Origin: Eledone cirrhosa
Lineage: Eukaryota
DNA: 64,000 nt
Reading direction: 5' to 3'
Assembly: GCA_964016885.1 (NCBI GenBank)
Contig: OZ024744.1
Location: forward strand, 134,416,001-134,480,000
Shown piece after piece: positions 34,901-46,900 of the stretch. Within the stretch, counting starts at the first letter, position 1. Every line of letters starts with the position of its first letter. A program made the position numbers and the translations under genes. The notes under the pieces are model-generated. The model saw only the letters and a list, made by a program, of their open reading frames with translations, was not told the origin of the DNA and made no database searches.

Positions 34901-37900
34901 GGCTGAGTTAAGTTGGGGTTAAGTTAAGTTGGGGTTAAGTTAAGTTGGGGTTAAGTTAAGTTGGGGTTTATTTAAGTTGGGGTTAAATTAAGTTGGGGTT
35001 CAGTTAAGTTGGGGTTAAGTTAAGTTGGGGTTAAGATGGGGTTAAATTAAGTTGGGGTTAAGTTAAGTTGGGGTTAAGTTAAGTTGGGGTTAAGTTAAGT
35101 TGGGGTTAAGTTAAGTCGGGGTTAAGTTAAGTCGTGGTTAAGTTAAGTTAGGGTTCAGTTAAGTTGGGGTTAAGTTAAGTTGGGGTTGAGTTAAGTTGGG
35201 GTTGAGTTAAATTGGGGTTGAGTTAAGTTGGGGTTGAGTTAAGTTGGTTTTGAGTTAAGTTGGGGTTAAGTTAAGTTGGGGTTAAGTTAAGTTGGGGTCA
35301 AGTTAAGTTGGGGTTAAGTTAAGTTGGTTAGTTAAGTTGAGTTTAAGTTAAGTTGGGGTTAATTTAAGTTGGGGTTAAGTTAAGTTGGGGTTAAGTTAAG
35401 TTGGGGTTAAGTTAAGTTGGGGTTAAGTTAAGTTGGGGTTAAGTTAAGTCGGGGTTAATTTAAGTCGGGGTTAAGTTAAGTTAGGGTTCAGTTAAGTTGG
35501 GGTTAAGTTAAGTTGGGGTTGAGTTAAGTTGGGGTTGAGTTAAATTGGGGTTGAGTTAAGTTGGTGTTGAGTTAAGTTGGTGTTGAGTTAAGTTGGGGTT
35601 AAGTTAAGTTGGGGTTAAGTTAAGTTGCAGTTAAGTTAAGTTGAGGTTTAGTTAAGGTGGGGTTAAGTTAAGTCGGGGTTAAGTTAAGTTGTGGTTGAGT
35701 TAAGTTGGGGTTAATTTAAGTTGGGGCTGAGTTAATTTGTGGTTAAGTTAAGCTGGAGTTAAGTTAAGTTGGGGTTGAGTTAAGTTGGGGTTGAGTTAAT
35801 TTGGGGTTAAGTTAAGTTGGGGTTAATTTAAGTTGGGTTTAAGTTAAGTTGGGGTTAAATTAAGTTGGGGTTAAATTAAGTTGGGGTTAAGTTAAGTTGG
35901 GGGTAAGTTAAGTTGGGGTTAAGTTAAGTTGGGGTTAATTTAAGTTGGGGTTTATTTAAGTTGGGGTTACGTTAAGTTGGTGTTAAGTTAAGTTGGGGTT
36001 AATTTAAGTTGGGGTTAATTAAGTTGGGGTTAAGTTAAGTTGGGGTTAAGTTAAGTTGGGGTTAAGTTAAGTTGAGGTTAAGTTAAGTTGGGGTTAAATT
36101 AAGTTGGGGTTAAGTTAAGTTGGGGTTAAGTTAAGTTGGGGTTAAGTTAAGTTGGGGATAAGTTAAGTTGGGGATAATTTAAGTTGGGGTTAAGTTAAGT
36201 TGGGTTTAAGTTAAGTTGGGGTTAAGTTAAGTTGGGGATAAGTTAAGTTGGGGTTAAGTTAAGTTGGGGTTAAGTTAAGTTGGGGTTAAGTTAAGTTGGG
36301 GCTAAGTTAAGTTGGGGCTGAGTTAAGTTGGGGTTAAGTTAAGTTGGGGTTAAGTTAAGTTGGGGTTAAGTTAAGTTGGGGTTTATTTAAGTTGGGGTTA
36401 AATTAAGTTGGGGTTCAGTTAAGTTGGGGTTAAGTTAAGTTGGGGTTAAGATGGGGTTAAATTAAGTTGGGGTTAAGTTAAGTTGGGGTTAAGTTAAGTT
36501 GGGGTTAAGTTAAGTTGGGGTTAAGTTAAGTCGGGGTTAAGTTAAGTCGTGGTTAAGTTAAGTTAGGGTTCAGTTAAGTTGGGGTTAAGTTAAGTTGGGG
36601 TTGAGTTAAGTTGGGGTTGAGTTAAATTGGGGTTGAGTTAAGTTGGGGTTGAGTTAAGTTGGTTTTGAGTTAAGTTGGGGTTAAGTTAAGTTGGGGTTAA
36701 GTTAAGTTGGGGTCAAGTTAAGTTGGGGTTAAGTTAAGTTGGTTAGTTAAGTTGAGTTTAAGTTAAGTTGGGGTTAATTTAAGTTGGGGTTAAGTTAAGT
36801 TGGGGTTAAGTTAAGTTGGGGTTAAGTTAAGTTGGGGTTAAGTTAAGTTGGGGTTAAGTTAAGTCGGGGTTAATTTAAGTCGGGGTTAAGTTAAGTTAGG
36901 GTTCAGTTAAGTTGGGGTTAAGTTAAGTTGGGGTTGAGTTAAGTTGGGGTTGAGTTAAATTGGGGTTGAGTTAAGTTGGTGTTGAGTTAAGTTGGTGTTG
37001 AGTTAAGTTGGGGTTAAGTTAAGTTGGGGTTAAGTTAAGTTGCAGTTAAGTTAAGTTGAGGTTTAGTTAAGGTGGGGTTAAGTTAAGTCGGGGTTAAGTT
37101 AAGTTGTGGTTGAGTTAAGTTGGGGTTAATTTAAGTTGGGGCTGAGTTAATTTGTGGTTAAGTTAAGCTGGAGTTAAGTTAAGTTGGGGTTGAGTTAAGT
37201 TGGGGTTGAGTTAATTTGGGGTTAAGTTAAGTTGGGGTTAATTTAAGTTGGGTTTAAGTTAAGTTGGGGTTAAATTAAGTTGGGGTTAAATTAAGTTGGG
37301 GTTAAGTTAAGTTGGGGGTAAGTTAAGTTGGGGTTAAGTTAAGTTGGGGTTAATTTAAGTTGGGGTTTATTTAAGTTGGGGTTACGTTAAGTTGGTGTTA
37401 AGTTAAGTTGGGGTTAATTTAAGTTGGGGTTAATTAAGTTGGGGTTAAGTTAAGTTGGGGTTAAGTTAAGTTGGGGTTCAGTTAAGTTGGGTATAAGTTA
37501 AGTTGGGTATAAGTTAAGTTGGGGTTAAGTTAAGTTGGGGTTAAGTTAAGTCGGTGTTAAGTTAAGTTGGGGCTAAGTTAAGTTGGGGCTGAGTTAAGTT
37601 GGGGCTGAGTTAAGTTGGGGTTAAGTTAAGTTGGGGTCAAGTTAAGTTGGGGTTTATTTAAGTTGGGGTTACGTTAAGTTGGTGTTAAGTTAAGTTGGGG
37701 TTAATTTAAGTTGGGGTTAATTAAGTTGGGGTTAAGTTAAGTTGGGGTTAAGTTAAGTTGGGGTTAATTTAAGTTGGGGTTGAGTTAAGTTGGGGTTAAG
37801 TTAAGTTGGGGTTATATTAAGTTGGGGTTAATTTAAGTTGGGGTTCAGTTAAGATGGGTATAAGTTAAGTTGGGGTTAAGTTAAGTTGGGGTTAAGTTAA

Positions 37901-40900
37901 GTTGGGGTTAAGTTAAGTTGGTGTTAAGTTAAGTTGGGGCTAAGTTAAGTTGGGGCTGAGTTAAGTTGGGGCTGAGTGAAGTTGGGGTTAAGTTAAGTTG
38001 GGGTCAAGTTAAGTTGGGGTTAAGTTGGGGTTAAGTTAAGTTAGGTTTAAGTTAAGATGGGGTTAAGTTAAGTTGGGGTTAAGTTAAGTTGGGGTTAAGT
38101 TAATTTGTGGTTAAGTTAAGTTGGGGTTAAGTTAAGTTGGGGTTAAGTTAAGTTGGGGTTAAGTTAAGTCGGGGTTAAGTTAAGTTGGGGTTAAGTTAAG
38201 TTGGGGTTAATTTAAGTTGGGGTTAAGTTAAGTTGGGGTCAAGTTAAGTTGGGGTTAAGTTGGGGTTAAGTTAAGTTAGGTTTAAGTTAAGTTGGGGTTA
38301 AGTTAAGTTGGGGTTAAGTTAAGTTGGGGTTAAGTTAAGTTGGGGTTAAGTTAAGTTGGGGTTAAGTTAATTTGTGGTTAAGTTAAGTTGGGGTTAAGTT
38401 AAGTTGGGGTTAAGTTAAGTCGGGGTTAAGTTAAGTTGGGGTTAAGTTAAGTTGGGGTTAATTTAAGTTGGGGTTAAGTTAAGTTGGGGTTAAGTTAAGT
38501 TGGGGTTAAATTAAGTTGGGGTTAAGTTAAGTTGGGGTTAAGTCAAGTTGGGGTTAAGTTAAGTTGGGGATAAGTTAAGTTGGGGATAATTTAAGTTGGG
38601 GTTAAGTTAAGTTGGGTTTAAGTTAAGTTGGGGTTAAGTTAAGTTGGGGTTAAGTTAAGTTGGGGTTAAGTTAAGTTGGGGTTAAGTTAAGTTGGGGTTA
38701 AGTTAAGTTGGGGCTAAGTTAAGTTGGGGCTGAGTTAAGTTGGGGTTAAGTTAAGTTGGGCTTAATTTAAGTCGGGGTTAAGTTAAGTTAGGGTTCAGTT
38801 ATATTGGGGTTAAGTTAAGTTGGGGTTAAGTTAAGTTGGGGTTAAGTTAAGTCGGGGTTAAGTTAAGTTGGGGTTAAGTTAAGTTGGGGTTAAGTTAAGT
38901 CGGGGTTAAGTTAAGTTGGGGTTAAGTTACGTTGGGGTTAATTTAAGTTGGGGTTAAGTTAAGTTGGGGTTAAGTTAAGTTGGGGTTAAGTTAAGATGGG
39001 GTTAATTTAAGTTGGGGTTAAGTTAAGTTGAGGTTAAGTTAAGTTGGGGTTAAATTAAGTTGGGTTTAAGTTAAGTTGGGGTTAAGTCAAGTTGGGGTTA
39101 AGTTAAGTTGGGGATAAGTTAAGTTGGGGATAATTTAAGTTGGGTTTAAGTTAAGTTGGGGTTAAGTTGAGTTGGGGTTAAGTTAAGTTGGGGTTAAGTT
39201 AAGTTGGGGTTAATTTAAGTTGGGGCTAAGTTAAGTTGGGACTGAGTTAAGTTGGGGTTAAGTTAAGTTGGGGTTAAGTTACGTTGGGGTTAAGTTAAGT
39301 TGGAGTTTATTTAAGTTGGGGTTAAGTTAAGTTGGGGTTCAGTTAAGTTGGGGTTAAGTTAAGTTGGGGTTAAGTTAAGTTGGGGTTAAGTTAAGTCGGG
39401 GTTAAGTTAAGTTGGGGTTGAGTTAAGTTGGGGTTCAGTTAAGTTGGGGTTAAGTTAAGTTGGGGTTGAGTTAAGTTGGGGTTGAGTTAAATTGGGGTTG
39501 AGTTAAGTTGGGGTTGAGTTAAGTTGGTGTTGAGTTAAGTTGGGGTTAAGTTAAGTTGGGGTTAAGTTAATTTGTGGTTAAGTTAAGTTGGGGTTAAGTT
39601 AAGTTGGGGTTAAGTTAAGTTGGGGTTAAGTTAAGTCGGGGTTAAGTTAAGTTGGGGTTAAATTAAGTTGGGGTTACGTTAAGTTGGTGTTAAGTTAAGT
39701 TGGGGTTAATTTAAGTTGGGGTTAATTAAGTTGGGGTTAAGTTAAGTTGGGGTTAAGTTAAGTTGGGGTTAATTTAAGTTGGGGTTGAGTTAAGTTGGGG
39801 TTAAGTTAAGTTGGGGTTATATTAAGTTGGGGTTAAGTTAAGTTGGGGTTCAGTTAAGTTGGGGATAAGTTAAGTTGGGGTTAAGTTAAGTTGGGGTTAA
39901 GTTAAGTTGGGGTTAAGTTAAGTTGGTGTTAAGTTAAGTTGGGGCTAAGTTAAGTTGGGGCTGAGTTAAGTTGGGGCTGAGTTAAGTTGGGGTTAAGTTA
40001 AGTTGGGGTTGAGTTAAGTTGGGGTTAAGTTAAGTTGGGGTCAAGTTAAGTTGGGGTTAAGTTGGGGTTAAGTTAAGTTAGGTTTAAGTTAAGTTGGGGT
40101 TAAGTTAAGTTGGGGTTAAGTTAAGTTGGGGTTAAGTTAAGTTGGGGTTAAGTTAAGTTGGGGTTAAGTTAATTTGTGGTTAAGTTAAGTTGGGGTTAAG
40201 TTAAGTTCGGGTTAAGTTAAGTTGGGGTTAAGTTAAGTCGGGGTTAAGTTAAGTTGGGGTTAAGTTAAGTTGGGGTTAATTTAAGTTGGGGTTAAGTTAA
40301 GTTGGGGTTAAGTTAAGTTGGGGTTAAGTTAAGTTGGGGTTAAGTTAAGTTGAGGTTAAGTTAAGTTGGGGTTAAATTAAGTTGGGGTTAAGTTAAGTTG
40401 GGGTTAAGTTAAGTTGGGGTTAAGTTAAGTTGGGGATAAGTTAAGTTGGGGATAATTTAAGTTGGGGTTAAGTTAAGTTGGGTTTAAGTTAAGTTGGGGT
40501 TAAGTTAAGTTGGGGATAAGTTAAGTTGGGGTTAAGTTAAGTTGGGGTTAAGTTAAGTTGGGGTTAAGTTAAGTTGGGGCTAAGTTAAGTTGGGGCTGAG
40601 TTAAGTTGGGGTTAAGTTAAGTTGGGGTTAAGTTAAGTTGGGGTTAAGTTAAGTTGGGGTTTATTTAAGTTGGGGTTAAATTAAGTTGGGGTTCAGTTAA
40701 GTTGGGGTTAAGTTAAGTTGGGGTTAAGATGGGGTTAAATTAAGTTGGGGTTAAGTTAAGTTGGGGTTAAGTTAAGTTGGGGTTAAGTTAAGTTGGGGTT
40801 AAGTTAAGTCGGGGTTAAGTTAAGTCGTGGTTAAGTTAAGTTAGGGTTCAGTTAAGTTGGGGTTAAGTTAAGTTGGGGTTGAGTTAAGTTGGGGTTGAGT

Positions 40901-43900
40901 TAAATTGGGGTTGAGTTAAGTTGGGGTTGAGTTAAGTTGGTTTTGAGTTAAGTTGGGGTTAAGTTAAGTTGGGGTTAAGTTAAGTTGGGGTTCAGTTAAG
41001 TTGGGGTTAAGTTAAGTCGGGGTTAAGTTAAGTCGGGGTTAAATTAAGTTAGGGTTCAGTTAAGTTGGGGTTAAGTTAAGTTGGGCTTGAGTTAAGTTGG
41101 GGTTGAGTTAAATTGGGGTTGAGTTAAGTTGGGGTTGAGTTAAGTTGGTGTTGAGTTAAGTTGGGGTTAAGTTAAGTTGGGGTTAAGTTAAGTTTCAGTT
41201 AAGTTAAGTTGTGGTTAAGTTAAGGTGGGGTTAAGTTAAGTCGGGGTTAAGTTAAGTTGTGGTTGAGTTAAGTTGGGGTTAATTTAAGTTGGGGCTAAGT
41301 TAATTTGTGGTTAAGTTAAGTTGGGGTTAACTTAAGTTGGTGTTAAGTTAAGTTGGGGTTGAGTTAAGTTGGGGTTGAGTTAATTTGGGGTTAAGTTAAG
41401 TTGGGGTTAATTTAAGTTGGGTTTAAGTTAATTTGGGGTTAAATTAAGTTGGGGTTAAATTAAGTTGGGGTTAAGTTATGTTGGGAGTAAGTTAAGTTGG
41501 GGGCAAGTTAAGTTGGGGTTAATTTAAGTTGGGGTTAAATTAAGTTGGGGTTACGTTAAGTTGGTGTTAAGTTAAGTTGGGGTTAATTTAAGTTGGGGTT
41601 AATTAAGTTGGGGTTAAGTTAAGTTGGGGTTAAGTTAAGTTGGGGTTAATTTAAGTTGGGGTTGAGTTAAGTTGGGGTTAAGTTAAGTTGGGGTTATATT
41701 AAGTTGGGGTTAAGTTAAGTTGGGGTTCAGTTAAGTTGGGGATAAGTTAAGTTGGGGTTAAGTTAAGTTGGGGTTAAGTTAAGTTGGGGTTAAGTTAAGT
41801 TGGTGTTAAGTTAAGTTGGGGCTAAGTTAAGTTGGGGCTGAGTTAAGTTGGGGCTGAGTTAAGTTGGGGTTAAGTTAAGTTGGGGTTGAGTTAAGTTGGG
41901 GTTAAGTTAAGTTGGGGTCAAGTTAAGTTGGGGTTAAGTTGGGGTTAAGTTAAGTTAGGTTTAAGTTAAGTTGGGGTTAAGTTAAGTTGGGGTTAAGTTA
42001 AGTTGGGGTTAAGTTAAGTTGGGGTTAAGTTAAGTTGGGGTTAAGTTAATTTGTGGTTAAGTTAAGTTGGGGTTAAGTTAAGTTCGGGTTAAGTTAAGTT
42101 GGGGTTAAGTTAAGTCGGGGTTAAGTTAAGTTGGGGTTAAGTTAAGTTGGGGTTAATTTAAGTTGGGGTTAAGTTAAGTTGGGGTTAAGTTAAGTTGGGG
42201 TTAAGTTAAGTTGGGGTTAAGTTAAGTTGAGGTTAAGTTAAGTTGGGGTTAAATTAAGTTGGGGTTAAGTTAAGTTGGGGTTAAGTTAAGTTGGGGTTAA
42301 GTTAAGTTGGGGATAAGTTAAGTTGGGGATAATTTAAGTTGGGGTTAAGTTAAGTTGGGTTTAAGTTAAGTTGGGGTTAAGTTAAGTTGGGGATAAGTTA
42401 AGTTGGGGTTAAGTTAAGTTGGGGTTAAGTTAAGTTGGGGTTAAGTTAAGTTGGGGCTAAGTTAAGTTGGGGCTGAGTTAAGTTGGGGTTAAGTTAAGTT
42501 GGGGTTAAGTTAATTTGGGGTTAAGTTAAGTTGGGGTTTATTTAAGTTGGGGTTAAATTAAGTTGGGGTTCAGTTAAGTTGGGGTTAAGTTAAGTTGGGG
42601 TTAAGATGGGGTTAAATTAAGTTGGGGTTAAGTTAAGTTGGGGTTAAGTTAAGTTGGGGTTAAGTTAAGTTGGGGTTAAGTTAAGTCGGGGTTAAGTTAA
42701 GTCGTGGTTAAGTTAAGTTAGGGTTCAGTTAAGTTGGGGTTAAGTTAAGTTGGGGTTGAGTTAAGTTGGGGTTGAGTTAAATTGGGGTTGAGTTAAGTTG
42801 GGGTTGAGTTAAGTTGGTTTTGAGTTAAGTTGGGGTTAAGTTAAGTTGGGGTTAAGTTAAGTTGGGGTCAAGTTAAGTTGGGGTTAAGTTAAGTTGGTTA
42901 GTTAAGTTGAGTTTAAGTTAAGTTGGGGTTAATTTAAGTTGGGGTTAAGTTAAGTTGGGGTTAAGTTAAGTTGGGGTTAAGTTAAGTTGGGGTTAAGTTA
43001 AGTTGGGGTTAAGTTAAGTCGGGGTTAATTTAAGTCGGGGTTAAGTTAAGTTAGGGTTCAGTTAAGTTGGGGTTAAGTTAAGTTGGGGTTGAGTTAAGTT
43101 GGGGTTGAGTTAAATTGGGGTTGAGTTAAGTTGGTGTTGAGTTAAGTTGGTGTTGAGTTAAGTTGGGGTTAAGTTAAGTTGGGGTTAAGTTAAGTTGCAG
43201 TTAAGTTAAGTTGAGGTTTAGTTAAGGTGGGGTTAAGTTAAGTCGGGGTTAAGTTAAGTTGTGGTTGAGTTAAGTTGGGGTTAATTTAAGTTGGGGCTGA
43301 GTTAATTTGTGGTTAAGTTAAGCTGGAGTTAAGTTAAGTTGGGGTTGAGTTAAGTTGGGATTGAGTTAATTTGGGGTTAAGTTAAGTTGGGGTTAATTTA
43401 AGTTGGGTTTAAGTTAAGTTGGGGTTAAATTAAGTTGGGGTTAAATTAAGTTGGGGTTAAGTTAAGTTGGGGGTAAGTTAAGTTGGGGTTAAGTTAAGTT
43501 GGGGTTAATTTAAGTTGGGGTTTATTTAAGTTGGGGTTACGTTAAGTTGGTGTTAAGTTAAGTTGGGGTTAATTTAAGTTGGGGTTAATTAAGTTGGGGT
43601 TAAGTTAAGTTGGGGTTAAGTTAAGTTGGGGTTAAGTTAAGTTGAGGTTAAGTTAAGTTGGGGTTAAATTAAGTTGGGGTTAAGTTAAGTTGGGGTTAAG
43701 TTAAGTTGGGGTTAAGTTAAGTTGGGGATAAGTTAAGTTGGGGATAATTTAAGTTGGGGTTAAGTTAAGTTGGGTTTAAGTTAAGTTGGGGTTAAGTTAA
43801 GTTGGGGATAAGTTAAGTTGGGGTTAAGTTAAGTTGGGGTTAAGTTAAGTTGGGGTTAAGTTAAGTTGGGGCTAAGTTAAGTTGGGGCTGAGTTAAGTTG

Positions 43901-46900
43901 GGGTTAAGTTAAGTTGGGGTTAAGTTAAGTTGGGGTTTATTTAAGTTGGGGTTAAATTAAGTTGGGGTTCAGTTAAGTTGGGGTTAAGTTAAGTTGGGGT
44001 TAAGATGGGGTTAAATTAAGTTGGGGTTAAGTTAAGTTGGGGTTAAGTTAAGTTGGGGTTAAGTTAAGTTGGGGTTAAGTTAAGTCGGGGTTAAGTTAAG
44101 TCGTGGTTAAGTTAAGTTAGGGTTCAGTTAAGTTGGGGTTAAGTTAAGTTGGGGTTGAGTTAAGTTGGGGTTGAGTTAAATTGGGGTTGAGTTAAGTTGG
44201 GGTTGAGTTAAGTTGGTTTTGAGTTAAGTTGGGGTTAAGTTAAGTTGGGGTTAAGTTAAGTTGGGGTCAAGTTAAGTTGGGGTTAAGTTAAGTTGGTTAG
44301 TTAAGTTGAGTTTAAGTTAAGTTGGGGTTAATTTAAGTTGGGGTTAAGTTAAGTTGGGGTTAAGTTAAGTTGGGGTTAAGTTAAGTTGGGGTTAAGTTAA
44401 GTTGGGGTTAAGTTAAGTCGGGGTTAATTTAAGTCGGGGTTAAGTTAAGTTAGGGTTCAGTTAAGTTGGGGTTAAGTTAAGTTGGGGTTGAGTTAAGTTG
44501 GGGTTGAGTTAAATTGGGGTTGAGTTAAGTTGGTGTTGAGTTAAGTTGGTGTTGAGTTAAGTTGGGGTTAAGTTAAGTTGGGGTTAAGTTAAGTTGCAGT
44601 TAAGTTAAGTTGAGGTTTAGTTAAGGTGGGGTTAAGTTAAGTCGGGGTTAAGTTAAGTTGTGGTTGAGTTAAGTTGGGGTTAATTTAAGTTGGGGCTGAG
44701 TTAATTTGTGGTTAAGTTAAGCTGGAGTTAAGTTAAGTTGGGGTTGAGTTAAGTTGGGGTTGAGTTAATTTGGGGTTAAGTTAAGTTGGGGTTAATTTAA
44801 GTTGGGTTTAAGTTAAGTTGGGGTTAAATTAAGTTGGGGTTAAATTAAGTTGGGGTTAAGTTAAGTTGGGGGTAAGTTAAGTTGGGGTTAAGTTAAGTTG
44901 GGGTTAATTTAAGTTGGGGTTTATTTAAGTTGGGGTTACGTTAAGTTGGTGTTAAGTTAAGTTGGGGTTAATTTAAGTTGGGGTTAATTAAGTTGGGGTT
45001 AAGTTAAGTTGGGGTTAAGTTAAGTTGGGGTTAAGTTAAGTTGGGGTTCAGTTAAGTTGGGTATAAGTTAAGTTGGGTATAAGTTAAGTTGGGGTTAAGT
45101 TAAGTTGGGGTTAAGTTAAGTCGGTGTTAAGTTAAGTTGGGGCTAAGTTAAGTTGGGGCTGAGTTAAGTTGGGGCTGAGTTAAGTTGGGGTTAAGTTAAG
45201 TTGGGGTCAAGTTAAGTTGGGGTTTATTTAAGTTGGGGTTACGTTAAGTTGGTGTTAAGTTAAGTTGGGGTTAATTTAAGTTGGGGTTAATTAAGTTGGG
45301 GTTAAGTTAAGTTGGGGTTAAGTTAAGTTGGGGTTAATTTAAGTTGGGGTTGAGTTAAGTTGGGGTTAAGTTAAGTTGGGGTTATATTAAGTTGGGGTTA
45401 ATTTAAGTTGGGGTTCAGTTAAGATGGGTATAAGTTAAGTTGGGGTTAAGTTAAGTTGGGGTTAAGTTAAGTTGGGGTTAAGTTAAGTTGGTGTTAAGTT
45501 AAGTTGGGGCTAAGTTAAGTTGGGGCTGAGTTAAGTTGGGGCTGAGTGAAGTTGGGGTTAAGTTAAGTTGGGGTCAAGTTAAGTTGGGGTTAAGTTGGGG
45601 TTAAGTTAAGTTAGGTTTAAGTTAAGATGGGGTTAAGTTAAGTTGGGGTTAAGTTAAGTTGGGGTTAAGTTAATTTGTGGTTAAGTTAAGTTGGGGTTAA
45701 GTTAAGTTGGGGTTAAGTTAAGTTGGGGTTAAGTTAAGTCGGGGTTAAGTTAAGTTGGGGTTAAGTTAAGTTGGGGTTAATTTAAGTTGGGGTTAAGTTA
45801 AGTTGGGGTCAAGTTAAGTTGGGGTTAAGTTGGGGTTAAGTTAAGTTAGGTTTAAGTTAAGTTGGGGTTAAGTTAAGTTGGGGTTAAGTTAAGTTGGGGT
45901 TAAGTTAAGTTGGGGTTAAGTTAAGTTGGGGTTAAGTTAATTTGTGGTTAAGTTAAGTTGGGGTTAAGTTAAGTTGGGGTTAAGTTAAGTTGGGGTTAAG
46001 TTAAGTCGGGGTTAAGTTAAGTTGGGGTTAAGTTAAGTTGGGGTTAATTTAAGTTGGGGTTAAGTTAAGTTGGGGTTAAGTTAAGTTGGGGTTAAATTAA
46101 GTTGGGGTTAAGTTAAGTTGGGGTTAAGTCAAGTTGGGGTTAAGTTAAGTTGGGGATAAGTTAAGTTGGGGATAATTTAAGTTGGGGTTAAGTTAAGTTG
46201 GGTTTAAGTTAAGTTGGGGTTAAGTTAAGTTGGGGTTAAGTTAAGTTGGGGTTAAGTTAAGTTGGGGTTAAGTTAAGTTGGGGTTAAGTTAAGTTGGGGC
46301 TAAGTTAAGTTGGGGCTGAGTTAAGTTGGGGTTAAGTTAAGTTGGGCTTAATTTAAGTCGGGGTTAAGTTAAGTTAGGGTTCAGTTATATTGGGGTTAAG
46401 TTAAGTTGGGGTTAAGTTAAGTTGGGGTTAAGTTAAGTCGGGGTTAAGTTAAGTTGGGGTTAAGTTAAGTTGGGGTTAAGTTAAGTCGGGGTTAAGTTAA
46501 GTTGGGGTTAAGTTAAGTTGGGGTTAATTTAAGTTGGGGTTAAGTTAAGTTGGGGTTAAGTTAAGTTGGGGTTAAGTTAAGATGGGGTTAATTTAAGTTG
46601 GGGTTAAGTTAAGTTGAGGTTAAGTTAAGTTGGGGTTAAATTAAGTTGGGTTTAAGTTAAGTTGGGGTTAAGTCAAGTTGGGGTTAAGTTAAGTTGGGGA
46701 TAAGTTAAGTTGGGGATAATTTAAGTTGGGTTTAAGTTAAGTTGGGGTTAAGTTGAGTTGGGGTTAAGTTAAGTTGGGGTTAAGTTAAGTTGGGGTTAAT
46801 TTAAGTTGGGGCTAAGTTAAGTTGGGACTGAGTTAAGTTGGGGTTAAGTTAAGTTGGGGTTAAGTTACGTTGGGGTTAAGTTAAGTTGGAGTTTATTTAA